A stretch of 50,150 nt of DNA from Candidatus Nomurabacteria bacterium. Its GTDB lineage: Bacteria > Patescibacteriota > Minisyncoccia > Phycocordibacterales > UBA9973. Under the pieces are notes generated by a model, which saw only the letters and a list, made by a program, of their open reading frames with translations, did no database searches and was not told the DNA's origin. Of the stretch, positions 9,695-19,281 are shown piece by piece. Position numbers and translations under genes: made by a program. The stretch is taken from positions 1-50,150 of the forward strand of contig JADLDV010000031.1 of NCBI GenBank assembly GCA_020846455.1. Reading direction: 5' to 3'. Numbering within the stretch: position 1 is the first letter of the stretch; each line of letters starts with the position of its first letter.

Positions 9695-10483
9695 TCAGAT
9701 TTTCTTTATTTCCGCAAGTGCTTTTTTGAAATCTTCAGGAAATGGGGCCTCAAATGTCTTTTTCTCGCCACTGAGCATCATAAGAGTGATTCTGGACGCA
9801 TGAAGTGCTGTACGGTCAAATCCGAGCACTTTTGGACGATCTGGGGCATAGAGAGTGTCTGATACGATAAGGTGATTGATGTATTTCAAGTGTACACGAA
9901 TCTGGTGCGTTCGTCCGGTGTGTGGCCATATCTCGAGAAAAGAGAATTTGGTAATTCCCTCTTTATCATCAAAAGGTGTTTCAGTGTGTATCTCAAACCG
10001 ATCTTGCACATAGTATTCTGTCTCAGCATCACGAAGCTCCCCACGAACACCTCTCCCAGAATGCCAACGACGAAAATCGTTTTTACTTCTACCAATCGGT
10101 GCCGTGATTGTCGCTTGTGTACGTCGAGGTTGCCCCCAAACGAATGTGTGATAAATCTTCTTGATTGTACGATCTTGAAACTGTGCCTTGAGGTGAAGAA
10201 AAGCTTCTTGTGTTTTTGCAACAAGAATTACCCCTGATGTCTCACGATCAAGTCGGTGCACAATACCAGGACGAGGTAGTGTGATTTCCTCTTTTGTCTT
10301 CTGATCAACATAGACAGTCGGCTCACCAACGTCTCGCATTTCTGGATACTCTTCAAGAATCATATCTGCCAAAGTTTTTTCTGTTGAACGTCCATCACCA
10401 TGAACCATCAGTCCTGATGGTTTGTTGAATATAAGTATATCGTTGTCTTCGTAGATTATTGGGGGCATGATTATCTTCGGCAA
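9695..10483 (-). CDS. RluA-family pseudouridine synthase
   Basis: 'HRLDRETSGVILVAK' catalytic-Asp motif and 'HQIRVHL'. Confidence 0.9.
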   Translation of the reverse strand: MPKIIMPPIIYEDNDILIFNKPSGLMVHGDGRSTEKTLADMILEEYPEMRDVGEPTVYVDQKTKEEITLPRPGIVHRLDRETSGVILVAKTQEAFLHLKAQFQDRTIKKIYHTFVWGQPRRTQATITAPIGRSKNDFRRWHSGRGVRGELRDAETEYYVQDRFEIHTETPFDDKEGITKFSFLEIWPHTGRTHQIRVHLKYINHLIVSDTLYAPDRPKVLGFDRTALHASRITLMMLSGEKKTFEAPFPEDFKKALAEIKKI

Positions 10484-11433
10484 ATAAAGTATTTTTTACC
10501 ATCGATTGTTTTGGGATACATAACAGAATGATCTTCTTTTCTTTCTTCAAGTTCTTTTGAGTTATCAGCAACTAAAAATAAACCAAAACTGTTTGGAATA
10601 GAAACTACAGAAACATCATCAGACATTTCACTGACAGCTTTTGTACTATCTTCAAAAAAAGTATGATGTTCCTTAATTCCAACCTTTTCGAGGGCTCCTA
10701 TTTTTAATGAATCGTAATTGATAGCATCTATCTCTTCAAAACTTTCTAATTGTTTTGTTTTTATAAAATCTTCAAACTCGTGAGTTATTCTCTTGAGTTC
10801 GTTCATATCATCAAGGTATGTAAGGACCTTACCTTGTGTAGCGTATTCATCTTTATATGGGTCTTCATTTCCATGTGTAATACAAGAAAGACCAAAATCA
10901 ATAACTACAGGTTGTCCGTCTTCATCGATCATGATATTTCCTTCATGTAAATCTCTATGATGAATCCCTTTTTCGTGAATATCTTTCAAGAACAATTCTA
11001 TTTTCTTGAAAAACAACGGGTCAACATGTTCAGGTAATGGCTTTGTTCCACTCATGATTTGTCTCAAAGAAACACCGTGTATTTTTTCCATACCAAGCAT
11101 GTATTTTCTCTGGAGTTTTCCTATAGCGTCTTTTTCAGTAACAGAAAGACTAAAGAGTGGTTGGGGAACTTTTACGTATTCATTTTGAACTTTTTGAAGG
11201 AAGTCTGCTTCCTCGTCAGGTAAATGTAAAAGCTTTTCTGTATTGGTAATAATTTTATAACAACAATTATTTAGCGGGTCCTCGAACACGCGAGCAGATT
11301 TTCCTTCTCCAATTTCTTGAGATTCAATAAGGATTTCTTCAGCAAAAGGCTTAAGGTATTCTTGGTACTCTTTTGCTTCTATCTTAGAACTCCCACCTTC
11401 ATAAAAATTAAAATCATTTACTTTTTCAATCAT
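10471..11433 (-). CDS. protein-kinase-like protein
   Basis: 'HHRDLHEGNIMID' catalytic loop and 'VIDFGLS' DFG motif; about 100 aa of unassigned C-terminal region. Confidence 0.7.
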   Translation of the reverse strand: MIEKVNDFNFYEGGSSKIEAKEYQEYLKPFAEEILIESQEIGEGKSARVFEDPLNNCCYKIITNTEKLLHLPDEEADFLQKVQNEYVKVPQPLFSLSVTEKDAIGKLQRKYMLGMEKIHGVSLRQIMSGTKPLPEHVDPLFFKKIELFLKDIHEKGIHHRDLHEGNIMIDEDGQPVVIDFGLSCITHGNEDPYKDEYATQGKVLTYLDDMNELKRITHEFEDFIKTKQLESFEEIDAINYDSLKIGALEKVGIKEHHTFFEDSTKAVSEMSDDVSVVSIPNSFGLFLVADNSKELEERKEDHSVMYPKTIDGKKYFICRR

Positions 11434-11487
11434 AAAATATAATTACTATCACTTTGTATAGTAACAAAAAATAGAGGAATATCCTTG

Positions 11488-11560
11488 TGCACCCTGAGGG
11501 ACTTGAACCCCCGACCTTTCCGGTGTAAACGGATTGCTCTACCAACTGAGCTAAGAGTGC
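11488..11560 (-). tRNA. tRNA-Val(TAC)
   Basis: manual cloverleaf: anticodon loop TTTACAC, T-loop TTCAAGT. Confidence 0.85.
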
Positions 11561-11573
11561 ATTATGTAATTTG

Positions 11574-11645
11574 TGCTCCCGACAGGAATCGAACATATAT
11601 CAAGAGCTTAGAAGTCTCCTGTTCTATCCATTGAACTACGGGAGC
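11574..11645 (-). tRNA. tRNA-Arg(TCT)
   Basis: manual cloverleaf: anticodon loop CTTCTAA; one mismatch each in the anticodon and T stems. Confidence 0.75.
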
Positions 11646-11723
11646 ATAAGACAGGAATGGAGTAAAATGTGAGCAAGGCTCACAAAAAGACTATACCAAT
11701 ACTACTCAATATAGTCAATCAAC

Positions 11724-12566
11724 TTATATGAGGAATGCATTTTGTGCCAGTCCAATCACTACTGCATAGGTCAATGAATCCCGATAGGACATCGCAGGAA
11801 CGGTGTCATCATTGCGAACTGTTGTACCTGCCCAGGTATCCGCACGCATAACTGGAACGCGAATTTTCAATCCCAAATAATCAGCAAAACCATTTACCAA
11901 CGCGCCCTCACCCAAGAGAACAATGGCATCTACTTTTTCTCCTGAGTATTCAAGCATCCATTCCATGTGCAATTTTTCAATCTCTGCAACAATCACAGAC
12001 ACTGCTGTAAGTAACACTTCTGACACTCGTTCATTTTCAGGGGTATCTATGATCCCCTGTTCTCGTACAATCGTTTGTGCATTAGATACAGACAATCCAA
12101 ACATTTTTTCAACAATCATTTCAAGTCCACGTACTCCAAAATACAAAGAAGTGCTCGCGAGAATCTCTCCATCTTGCACAAGCATCATTCCTGTTTTATA
12201 CATACCCATATCTACCACAAGAGATCTTCCTGGAAATCCTGTACCTCCAAGCGCAACCACGAGCGCTTCTGGTTCGCTGATCGTAGGTGTCACAGCAAAT
12301 CCCGCTTGCGTCAGCATATCTGTTATCTCACGATTCTGTATTGGTATATATATCTCTTTGAGCGAATGAGTTTTTTTAAACGTTTTAAGTATTGGCAACA
12401 ACACCTCTCGCTTTGTCACTTTCCCATTTTCAATTACACCTTCTGGAATTGATGTTTCCCCAAACGCAGCAAGTGTCGTCTTGTCACCGCTCATGCGAAG
12501 TGTCACGAAACGGATCATGTGATCTGAAAGCATGAGCCCTGTGCGGTTTTTTGCAAATAAGAACAT
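11724..12566 (-). CDS. PilM/FtsA-like actin-fold protein
   Basis: 280 aa; N-terminus 'GLMLSDHMIRFV...IPEGVIENGKV' and 'VLLGEGALVNGFADYL' resemble type IV pilus PilM. Confidence 0.6.
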   Translation of the reverse strand: MFLFAKNRTGLMLSDHMIRFVTLRMSGDKTTLAAFGETSIPEGVIENGKVTKREVLLPILKTFKKTHSLKEIYIPIQNREITDMLTQAGFAVTPTISEPEALVVALGGTGFPGRSLVVDMGMYKTGMMLVQDGEILASTSLYFGVRGLEMIVEKMFGLSVSNAQTIVREQGIIDTPENERVSEVLLTAVSVIVAEIEKLHMEWMLEYSGEKVDAIVLLGEGALVNGFADYLGLKIRVPVMRADTWAGTTVRNDDTVPAMSYRDSLTYAVVIGLAQNAFLI

Positions 12567-12567
12567 A

Positions 12568-12894
12568 TTATCGAATGATTGTTCCTGACGGAACCTTTTT
12601 TAATGGTTCAAGTGTAGTAAAATCTTCTCCTTCTCCGACTGCGTATAGAATCATACCGTTGGATTCAAGTCCACGAATAGTGCGTGGTGCGAGGTTCACC
12701 ACTACAGGCACCTGTTTACCGACAAGGACACTTGGGTCTGGATAATGCATTCGTACACCAGAGAGAATTTGTCTTGTTTCAGTACCAAGATCAACCATAA
12801 AACGAATAAGCTTGTCTGCATCAGGAACTGCTTCTGCAGAAATAATTGTACCGATTTTCAATTCAATTTTTGCGAGATCATCTATCGTTATCAT
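12568..12894 (-). CDS. tRNA-binding domain protein (CsaA/EMAP-like)
   Basis: 'IELKIGTIISAE.VPDADKL....VDLG.ETRQILSG......LVGKQV.VV.NL.PR.IRG.ESNGMIL'. Confidence 0.85.
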   Translation of the reverse strand: MITIDDLAKIELKIGTIISAEAVPDADKLIRFMVDLGTETRQILSGVRMHYPDPSVLVGKQVPVVVNLAPRTIRGLESNGMILYAVGEGEDFTTLEPLKKVPSGTIIR

Positions 12895-13312
12895 GTTTAG
12901 ATTGTATCATATTCTTTCGATCAAGATACCGCTGGAGAATGAGCGCAGCAGCAGAAGCATCATTTTTCTTGAGAGTAGATTGTTTATCGAGACGTGCTGT
13001 TGGTTTTTTATAATCTGTAAAACGACTCGCTTCCATTGAGGTAAATGCTTCATTCTGAAAATACACAGGAATATTCAATGTATCAGTTAGTGTATGAACA
13101 AATTCGTGAACACTCTTATAAAGCGCATTTTCTTTCCCTGGTTCACCTATTACAATTCCTCCGATTTCCTCAGAAAGCACTAGTTGCCCTATCTGAAACA
13201 CGAGATCACTTTTTGCATCAAGAGTACTGTGAGGAAATGCCATAACACCACCATCGTCAGACGTTGCGAGCCCAACATGCTTTGTTCCGAAATCAATTCC
13301 GAGAAATTTCAT
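12878..13312 (-). CDS. ruvX: Holliday junction resolvase-like RuvX/YqgF
   Basis: 'FLGIDFGTKHVGLATSD' N-terminus and 'DERFTS'-like 'NEAFTS' motif. Confidence 0.9.
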   Translation of the reverse strand: MKFLGIDFGTKHVGLATSDDGGVMAFPHSTLDAKSDLVFQIGQLVLSEEIGGIVIGEPGKENALYKSVHEFVHTLTDTLNIPVYFQNEAFTSMEASRFTDYKKPTARLDKQSTLKKNDASAAALILQRYLDRKNMIQSKHDNDR

Positions 13313-13367
13313 ATATATAGACTATCACAGAATTGCCGAAAAAGCAGGAATATGATACATTCGATAC

Positions 13368-13604
13368 ATGGGAATGCTTCCAATAAACAATATGTATTGG
13401 GTTATCGTTGTAGTCCTTCTGTGGATTCTTCCATGGAAAGGATATGCTCTTTGGAAAGCAGCCCGTAAAGGAGAAACAAAATGGTTTGTAGCATTACTTG
13501 TCATCAACACATTTGCAATCCTTGATATTCTCTACATCTTTATCTTTTCAAAAGATAAGAAAAAAGAAACAAGAGAAACACAAATGGTTTCTGAAGAAAA
13601 GTAA
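13368..13604 (+). CDS. DUF5652-like small membrane protein
   Basis: 78 aa, two TM helices, 'PWKGYALWKAARKGETKWFVALLVINT'. Confidence 0.55.
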   Translation: MGMLPINNMYWVIVVVLLWILPWKGYALWKAARKGETKWFVALLVINTFAILDILYIFIFSKDKKKETRETQMVSEEK

Positions 13605-13615
13605 AATAAATATAC

Positions 13616-13702
13616 GGAGGTGTGGCTGAGTGGTTGAAGGCACCTGTCTTGAAAACAGGAGACCCTTTACGGGGTCCGGGAGTTCGAATCCCCCCGCCTC
13701 CG
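13616..13702 (+). tRNA. tRNA-Ser(TGA)
   Basis: manual cloverleaf: anticodon loop CTTGAAA, long variable arm, T-loop TTCGAAT. Confidence 0.9.
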
Positions 13703-13774
13703 CAACGAATGTAGTTAGTTTTGATGACCCATTTAGTTATGTACTAAGTGCGACGCGCAAACCTACATGTTGTA

Positions 13775-13806
13775 GAAAAAAGAGCGACAATTGTCGCTCT
13801 TTTTTC
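13775..13806. terminator. bidirectional intrinsic terminator
   Basis: agagcgacaa/ttgtcgctct palindrome flanked by A6 and T6. Confidence 0.7.
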
Positions 13807-13819
13807 TTTTCCATTTAAT

Positions 13820-15046
13820 TTAATGCATTTTCATATCTTCTGACATCTTTTTAAATATCTCTGGGTTTTCATCTCCCGTCACTTCAAGTACTGCCCATGC
13901 ACCTTTGTTCATCCTTGCAAGTGCGTGATCTACAAGTAAATATTTACCGGGAACATCAACAGTGAATTCTACAATACTCGCTCCGCCAGGAAGTACAGCG
14001 GTTGCTTGTGTATTATGTTCCATCGCACCACCTATACTTGCATTTGGATACACGGTATCAAAAATCTCACCAATTACATGGAAAGACGATATGAGATTTA
14101 CCCCACCATTACCGACATACATACGGATTTTATCACCAACTTTTGCTTGCATTCGTGGTGTTGTTTCAATGCGACCATTGAAAGTTACATAATTAGGCTG
14201 TCCGTCTAAGAGTGCGTCAGGATCAAATGGCACCAACCCTTTTTTACCAAGTTGCCCCATAGTGTATAGCTCTCCTTGCATAACATAAAATTCTTTATCG
14301 ACTTCTGTAAATCCTTCCTTTGGGTCGACCAAAATAAGTCCATACTGTCCATGTGAATTGTGAGTTGAAACATTTGGCATCGCACAATGATATATATAAA
14401 GTCCTGGTGCAAGTGCTTTCCATCTAAATGTTTTTGTTTCTCCGGGTGCCACATGAGTAACGGACGCTCCACCTCCTGGACCTGTAACTGCATGCAGGTC
14501 TATATTGTGATCATGGAGACTTGATGGGTCATTTGTCAGTGTTAATTCCACTGTATCACCCTCACGGACACGAAGCATTGGACCAGGAACTTGCTTGTTG
14601 TATGTCCAGTAGTTGAAATAAATTCCAGGAGAGACCTCTCCGATGACCTCTTGTGCAGTCAAACTAATACGCACAATGCCGTCAGCATCAGGTGCTTGAG
14701 ATTTTTCTGGAACAGTTGTAGGGTTTGCGCCAATATCAGCGACTTTTTCAAAACGATTTTTATATCTAAAAAAGTCTATGATTTTTGCAAATGGAATTGA
14801 TGGAGGAAGTCCACCTGGTGCATGTGAGTGTGTAAATGCTGGCATAGCAAAATCAGGAGGGTAGGTTTTGTTTGCAACAAGCCCTGTAAAAAATGCAATC
14901 ACAATAAGTGCAATAGGCACATAGAGCAATTTTTGTTTAAATATTGTATGAAAGTGTCCTTGCTTCCATATATACCGCACAAGTAAAACAAAAGATACAA
15001 AGCCAAATACTGCGGATATGATTTCAAAAATAAGATATTTAAACAT
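13820..15046 (-). CDS. nirK: copper-containing nitrite reductase (NirK-type two-domain cupredoxin), N-terminal TM anchor
   Basis: 'HNIDLHAVTGPGGGA' and 'YIYHCAMPNVSTHNSHGQYGLILV' match the NirK T1/T2 copper motifs (short-loop class). Confidence 0.8.
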   Translation of the reverse strand: MFKYLIFEIISAVFGFVSFVLLVRYIWKQGHFHTIFKQKLLYVPIALIVIAFFTGLVANKTYPPDFAMPAFTHSHAPGGLPPSIPFAKIIDFFRYKNRFEKVADIGANPTTVPEKSQAPDADGIVRISLTAQEVIGEVSPGIYFNYWTYNKQVPGPMLRVREGDTVELTLTNDPSSLHDHNIDLHAVTGPGGGASVTHVAPGETKTFRWKALAPGLYIYHCAMPNVSTHNSHGQYGLILVDPKEGFTEVDKEFYVMQGELYTMGQLGKKGLVPFDPDALLDGQPNYVTFNGRIETTPRMQAKVGDKIRMYVGNGGVNLISSFHVIGEIFDTVYPNASIGGAMEHNTQATAVLPGGASIVEFTVDVPGKYLLVDHALARMNKGAWAVLEVTGDENPEIFKKMSEDMKMH

Positions 15047-15093
15047 AAATTGATTTTAACATTTTTCATTTATTTTCTCTATATACTATATTT

Positions 15094-15549
15094 CTACATC
15101 TTTCTTGAATCATATGCCCAATGAAGCAATGCTTGTCTTTGTCGAGGGCGACAAAACACATCCCCTACCCGACAGTTATTCTTGATCTGCATGACATGTC
15201 TACGCATCGCCATCCATCTTTTTATCTGTCGCTCGTCATCATCAGTTCTTCTTCCTATGTAATACCGACAGTACCACTGAAACCATCCTCGTGGATCTTG
15301 TGGATGTATCCACCCTTTTGCTTGCCAGACTGAGAGTGGCTGACTTGCATGTATACCGAAATAGTTAAGTTCTTTGTGTTTCTTTCCATCAGGTGAGAGT
15401 TTTGCTTTAGCAAACCATGCTTGTGGAAATTCTTTTGGTTTATCAGAAAAATATAATCCACCAAAAACACCTAACTCAAGCATTTCTTGCGGAGTAAGAT
15501 CTGGAGTAAACCGTGGATCAAAAGATTTTTTTACTTTCATTACACCCAT
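15094..15549 (-). CDS. conserved hypothetical protein
   Basis: 151-aa ORF, Trp/Arg-rich, no motif I can name. Confidence 0.45.
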   Translation of the reverse strand: MGVMKVKKSFDPRFTPDLTPQEMLELGVFGGLYFSDKPKEFPQAWFAKAKLSPDGKKHKELNYFGIHASQPLSVWQAKGWIHPQDPRGWFQWYCRYYIGRRTDDDERQIKRWMAMRRHVMQIKNNCRVGDVFCRPRQRQALLHWAYDSRKM

Positions 15550-15587
15550 GGTATCATGTTGTATATATCTAATCTAGGCAAACATAT

Positions 15588-16079
15588 ATGCACAAAAAAA
15601 TTATACTCGCAGGTGGATGTTTCTGGGGGCTCGAAGATCTGATCCGCACTCAACCTGGTGTTATAAAAACTGAAGTTGGATACACAGGTGGAATAAATGA
15701 ACATCCTACATATGAAAATCACCCGGGTCATGCCGAAGCTGTTGAGATTGAATATGACCCCACAATAACATCGTACAAAAAACTTCTTGATTTCTTCTTT
15801 CAGATTCACAACCCAACCACACTCAACCAACAAGGAAATGATAAAGGGACATCATACAGATCAGCTATTTTCTACGCAAATGAAGAAGAGAAGAAAGAAG
15901 CTGAGACTTTTATTAAGATAGTAAATGATTCAAAACGGTGGAAAGATCCCATAGTGACCACACTTGAACCATTGGGAATATTTTATCCCGCAGAAACATA
16001 TCACCAAGACTATTTACAGAAAAATCCGGGTGGATACACCTGCCACGCTATTTGGTTCGATAGCTACTTGTCTGAATAG
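15588..16079 (+). CDS. msrA: peptide-methionine (S)-S-oxide reductase
   Basis: '[12 protein letters not shown]' active site and 'YHQDYL'. Confidence 0.95.
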   Translation: MHKKIILAGGCFWGLEDLIRTQPGVIKTEVGYTGGINEHPTYENHPGHAEAVEIEYDPTITSYKKLLDFFFQIHNPTTLNQQGNDKGTSYRSAIFYANEEEKKEAETFIKIVNDSKRWKDPIVTTLEPLGIFYPAETYHQDYLQKNPGGYTCHAIWFDSYLSE

Positions 16080-16086
16080 TACATAT

Positions 16087-16111
16087 AAAAAGCGATATTG
16101 TGTCGCTTTTT
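16087..16111 (+). terminator. intrinsic terminator after msrA
   Basis: aaaaagcga-loop-tcgcttttt. Confidence 0.6.
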
Positions 16112-16208
16112 ATAATTATTGGTACTGAAAAATTCTCGTGATTAATCTTTTATTTCAAGTTACGTATCACACAATACTCGCTATCTAAAACAATTTTAAA
16201 ATGATAAA

Positions 16209-17228
16209 ATGAACCTTATGGAAAAAGGACCAGTAATCAGAACAATTGGAAATGCTTCTAGTGAAAAGAAGGAAATGTCAAAAAAAGAAATCATAAATGC
16301 TCTTTTTAATCACTTTGAATCTTTGAGCCCTCAAGAGGAGGAAGAACTAAGAAAACATGAATATCCAAAATCTGAAAAAGAAATTTCTGTCATTAATTTT
16401 GCTAATCAAGAAACGTCTCGACTAATGAAAGAAGCTGGGATAGAACCATATGATATACCGACCGAAAATTTTCATATTATCCCATCAGATCTATACAAAA
16501 AAGCAGGGGGAGATAACTCAATAGCAAGAGCATTTACCAATAAACAAGGAATACTTTTTGATGCACAAGAGTTTCGTGACAACCCTTTACACTTTGGAAG
16601 TACAGCGATCCATGAATCTCTACATCTAAAAGCACATCTATCCTTAGAAGTACAAGAAAAGGGAGAAAAAATACGTAAAACACCATATCGTGAAGGGGTT
16701 ACGATAAAAGCTTTACAAGGTCATGATTTTCATCGACACTTTGCTGGATTACATGAAACTATTGTTGCAGAAACACAAAAAAGACTTTTACCAAAATTAC
16801 TTGATTGCCCTGCATTAATAACACAAAAAGAATGGCTTCTTTCCGACGAAGCAAAGAAGATAAAAAATGAACTTATTGAAAAAAGAAAAATTCCAGAAAG
16901 CGATATTATTTGGGTCGGAAAAAAGGGGGATGATGACTGGGAATCTATTCAATATACTCAACAAAGAAAAGTGCTCAACTATGTTTGTGATGAAATAAAG
17001 AAACAGTTCCCTAACGAATACAAAAATATCGATGATGTATACAAAGTATTCTTAAATGCTCATTTTACTGGAAGGCTTTTGGATATTGCAAAAATTGTCG
17101 AAAAAACTTTTGGCGAAGGAAGTTTTCGAATTCTTGGAAACATGGAAACTGACAGAGAAAGTGGGGTTCTACATCTAGAATCCTTGAAAAAAGCACGGGG
17201 GCGACAAAAGAAAGGAAATTTTTCTTAG
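16209..17228 (+). CDS. hypothetical protein with HExxH motif; paralog of 4061-5866
   Basis: 'AIHESLHLKAH' HExxH; collinear similarity blocks with the 601-aa ORF. Confidence 0.5.
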   Translation: MNLMEKGPVIRTIGNASSEKKEMSKKEIINALFNHFESLSPQEEEELRKHEYPKSEKEISVINFANQETSRLMKEAGIEPYDIPTENFHIIPSDLYKKAGGDNSIARAFTNKQGILFDAQEFRDNPLHFGSTAIHESLHLKAHLSLEVQEKGEKIRKTPYREGVTIKALQGHDFHRHFAGLHETIVAETQKRLLPKLLDCPALITQKEWLLSDEAKKIKNELIEKRKIPESDIIWVGKKGDDDWESIQYTQQRKVLNYVCDEIKKQFPNEYKNIDDVYKVFLNAHFTGRLLDIAKIVEKTFGEGSFRILGNMETDRESGVLHLESLKKARGRQKKGNFS

Positions 17229-17296
17229 ACTCTTCTTATTGTTTAATCTTGGATATATTCTTATACTACTTAACTTAATATAATTTACACATCATT

Positions 17297-18004
17297 ATGA
17301 AAACAACACTTATTGCTATTATCGGACTCGTACTTATTGTTGGAACAAGTATATTCATGTACAAGACACGACCAGTGAATATTCCAGCTCAAGATACAAC
17401 CGAAACAACATCAACGGATTCAAAAATACAAACAGAAACAGTAGAACAAAAAGATACTACCGTTTCAAACACTAAAACACTTCGTATTATAGGAACAGAA
17501 TCACAAGCAACATTTACCCTCAAAGAAACACTGAGTGGTAAAGACGTAACTGTTATCGGTGTAACAAATAGTATTTCAGGTGACATACAATTACAGGCAA
17601 CAAATCCTGCGAAGCTTATTTTGGGAACAATCAAAATAGACGCACGCACACTCAAAACTGATAACGAACGCAGGAACGGTGCAATTGCTCGAATGATTCT
17701 CAACTCAGACCAGCAAGGAAATGAGTACATCACATTCACTGCAACTGATGTCCGCGGAATCCCCGCAACAATTGAAACAGGAAAACAATTCTCATACACC
17801 ATCGTAGGAAATCTCACTATTCGTGGCACAACAAAACCAGTAACCTTCAACGCAACAAGCACACTCAATGCAGATGGTTCACTTTCTGGCACAGCAAACG
17901 CCACTGTAACATATGGAGATTTTGGTATTAGTGTTCCAGATCTTTCATTTCTCGCAAATGTAGACAAGGACACAACACTCTCTATTTCTCTCTTGGCGAA
18001 ATAA
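17297..18004 (+). CDS. YceI-family (polyisoprenoid-binding-like) secreted protein
   Basis: N-terminal TM/signal, 'ESQATFTLKETL', 'GNLTIRGTTKPVTFNAT' YceI pattern. Confidence 0.85.
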   Translation: MKTTLIAIIGLVLIVGTSIFMYKTRPVNIPAQDTTETTSTDSKIQTETVEQKDTTVSNTKTLRIIGTESQATFTLKETLSGKDVTVIGVTNSISGDIQLQATNPAKLILGTIKIDARTLKTDNERRNGAIARMILNSDQQGNEYITFTATDVRGIPATIETGKQFSYTIVGNLTIRGTTKPVTFNATSTLNADGSLSGTANATVTYGDFGISVPDLSFLANVDKDTTLSISLLAK

Positions 18005-18005
18005 T

Positions 18006-18037
18006 AAAAAAACACCAGAATCATCTGGTGTTTTTTT
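18006..18037. terminator. bidirectional intrinsic terminator
   Basis: acaccaga-atca-tctggtgt flanked by an A-run and a T-run. Confidence 0.7.
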
Positions 18038-18038
18038 A

Positions 18039-18359
18039 TTATTTCTTTTTATACAAGTGTATATATTCTGCACAAGACACAAGAACCTCTTTGAACAATG
18101 TTGGATTTTCTATGATTTCCGCATCGAGAATATACCAATCTTTTGCATTCGGATATGCAGGACCTTTTGGATATGCTGAACCAAGAATTTCTGTAGTATA
18201 TTCATTTATTTTTAGAAACACAGTCGAATCACACACGAGTGCAACAACCACATCATCGAAATAGAGTGCGTATTCACCGAACATTGCTCGTACTCGAGTA
18301 CGGGACTCATCCCCTATCTGATCGAGAATATATCCAATAAAATCTTTACTTGTTGCCAT
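18039..18359 (-). CDS. TfoX N-terminal domain protein
   Basis: 'RAMFGEYALYFDDVVVALVCDSTVFLK' TfoX_N pattern. Confidence 0.75.
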   Translation of the reverse strand: MATSKDFIGYILDQIGDESRTRVRAMFGEYALYFDDVVVALVCDSTVFLKINEYTTEILGSAYPKGPAYPNAKDWYILDAEIIENPTLFKEVLVSCAEYIHLYKKK

Positions 18360-18430
18360 ACCAATAGTCTACAACAAAAGTGTAATTGTTACATTTTTAC
18401 AAAACTATACCCATAAAGTATACTAAATAC

Positions 18431-18784
18431 ATGAAACAAGCACATATATACACAGCAATTATATTTCTTACTATTGGATTTGGTACTGGTTGGTATGTTC
18501 AGAAAACGTCCACATCAACACACGAGAACATGACAGGGATGAGTATGCAACACACCATGGATGGTATGACTGATGGACTCGCAAACAAAACAGGTGACGC
18601 ATTTGATGAAGCATTTTTAAATGAAATGATTATTCACCACGAAGGTGCCGTATCTATGGCACAGATGGTGCTCGCTCAATCAACACGACCAGAACTTCTG
18701 ACTCTTGCAAAAAACATCATTACTGCACAAACAACAGAAATCGACATGATGCAAAACTGGAAACAAACATGGTTTAAAAAGTAA
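18431..18784 (+). CDS. DUF305 family protein
   Basis: 'FLNEMIIHHEGAVSMAQ' and 'LAKNIITAQTTEIDMMQNW'; start at the ATG at 18431. Confidence 0.8.
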   Translation: MKQAHIYTAIIFLTIGFGTGWYVQKTSTSTHENMTGMSMQHTMDGMTDGLANKTGDAFDEAFLNEMIIHHEGAVSMAQMVLAQSTRPELLTLAKNIITAQTTEIDMMQNWKQTWFKK

Positions 18785-18790
18785 GTACAT

Positions 18791-18818
18791 AAAAAAACAC
18801 CCGATCGGGTGTTTTTTT
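18791..18818. terminator. bidirectional intrinsic terminator
   Basis: acacccgatcgggtgt palindrome between A7 and T7. Confidence 0.7.
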
Positions 18819-18829
18819 ATGTACACAAA

Positions 18830-19198
18830 TTAATATGTAATCAAGCCAAGTATAATAAACAAAAAACCAATCAATGCTATGTTTTTTAAAAAATCGATCT
18901 GACTTTGCATCTTTGCCACAGGATCAGTCTCTTTCCAAAAATCATGCATCATGAGTGTTGTTGGAATCAAAAACACAATAAGTGCAACGGCACCAAGATC
19001 AACATATTGCCAAAAGAGCATACTCAAACCCCCTCCGACAAGTAATAGTCCAGTAAAGATGACTGATTGTTTTGCCATAGGAACCTTCTTTGCACCTGCA
19101 TATGACGCAAGACTTTTCAGATTAACAAAATGACTATACCCGCTATATATAAAATATCCGCCAACAATGATTCTTCCGAGAATTAATAGTGTGTTCAT
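18830..19198 (-). CDS. DoxX-family membrane protein
   Basis: 122 aa, four TM helices, 'GRIIVGGYFIYSGYSHF' DoxX-like. Confidence 0.7.
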   Translation of the reverse strand: MNTLLILGRIIVGGYFIYSGYSHFVNLKSLASYAGAKKVPMAKQSVIFTGLLLVGGGLSMLFWQYVDLGAVALIVFLIPTTLMMHDFWKETDPVAKMQSQIDFLKNIALIGFLFIILGLITY

Positions 19199-19281
19199 GT
19201 ATATGTATTTAAATTACTAATGAACCTCAGTATACCACAATATAAAAAGCACCCTTTTGAGAAGGGTGCTTTGGTAATGCA

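Noticed and set aside
13630-13818. 62-aa ORF after the DUF5652 gene
   Set aside because: It overlaps the tRNA-Ser(TGA) gene and the terminator, so it is an artefact of the tRNA sequence.
17389-18024. Long antisense ORFs in the track, for example 17389-18024 opposite the YceI gene, 36112-36702 opposite ruvA, 33267-33629 opposite the transposase, and 11923-12369 opposite the pilM-like gene
   Set aside because: Each lies entirely within a better-supported gene on the other strand, has low-complexity or odd composition and carries no motif. I treated them as shadow ORFs.
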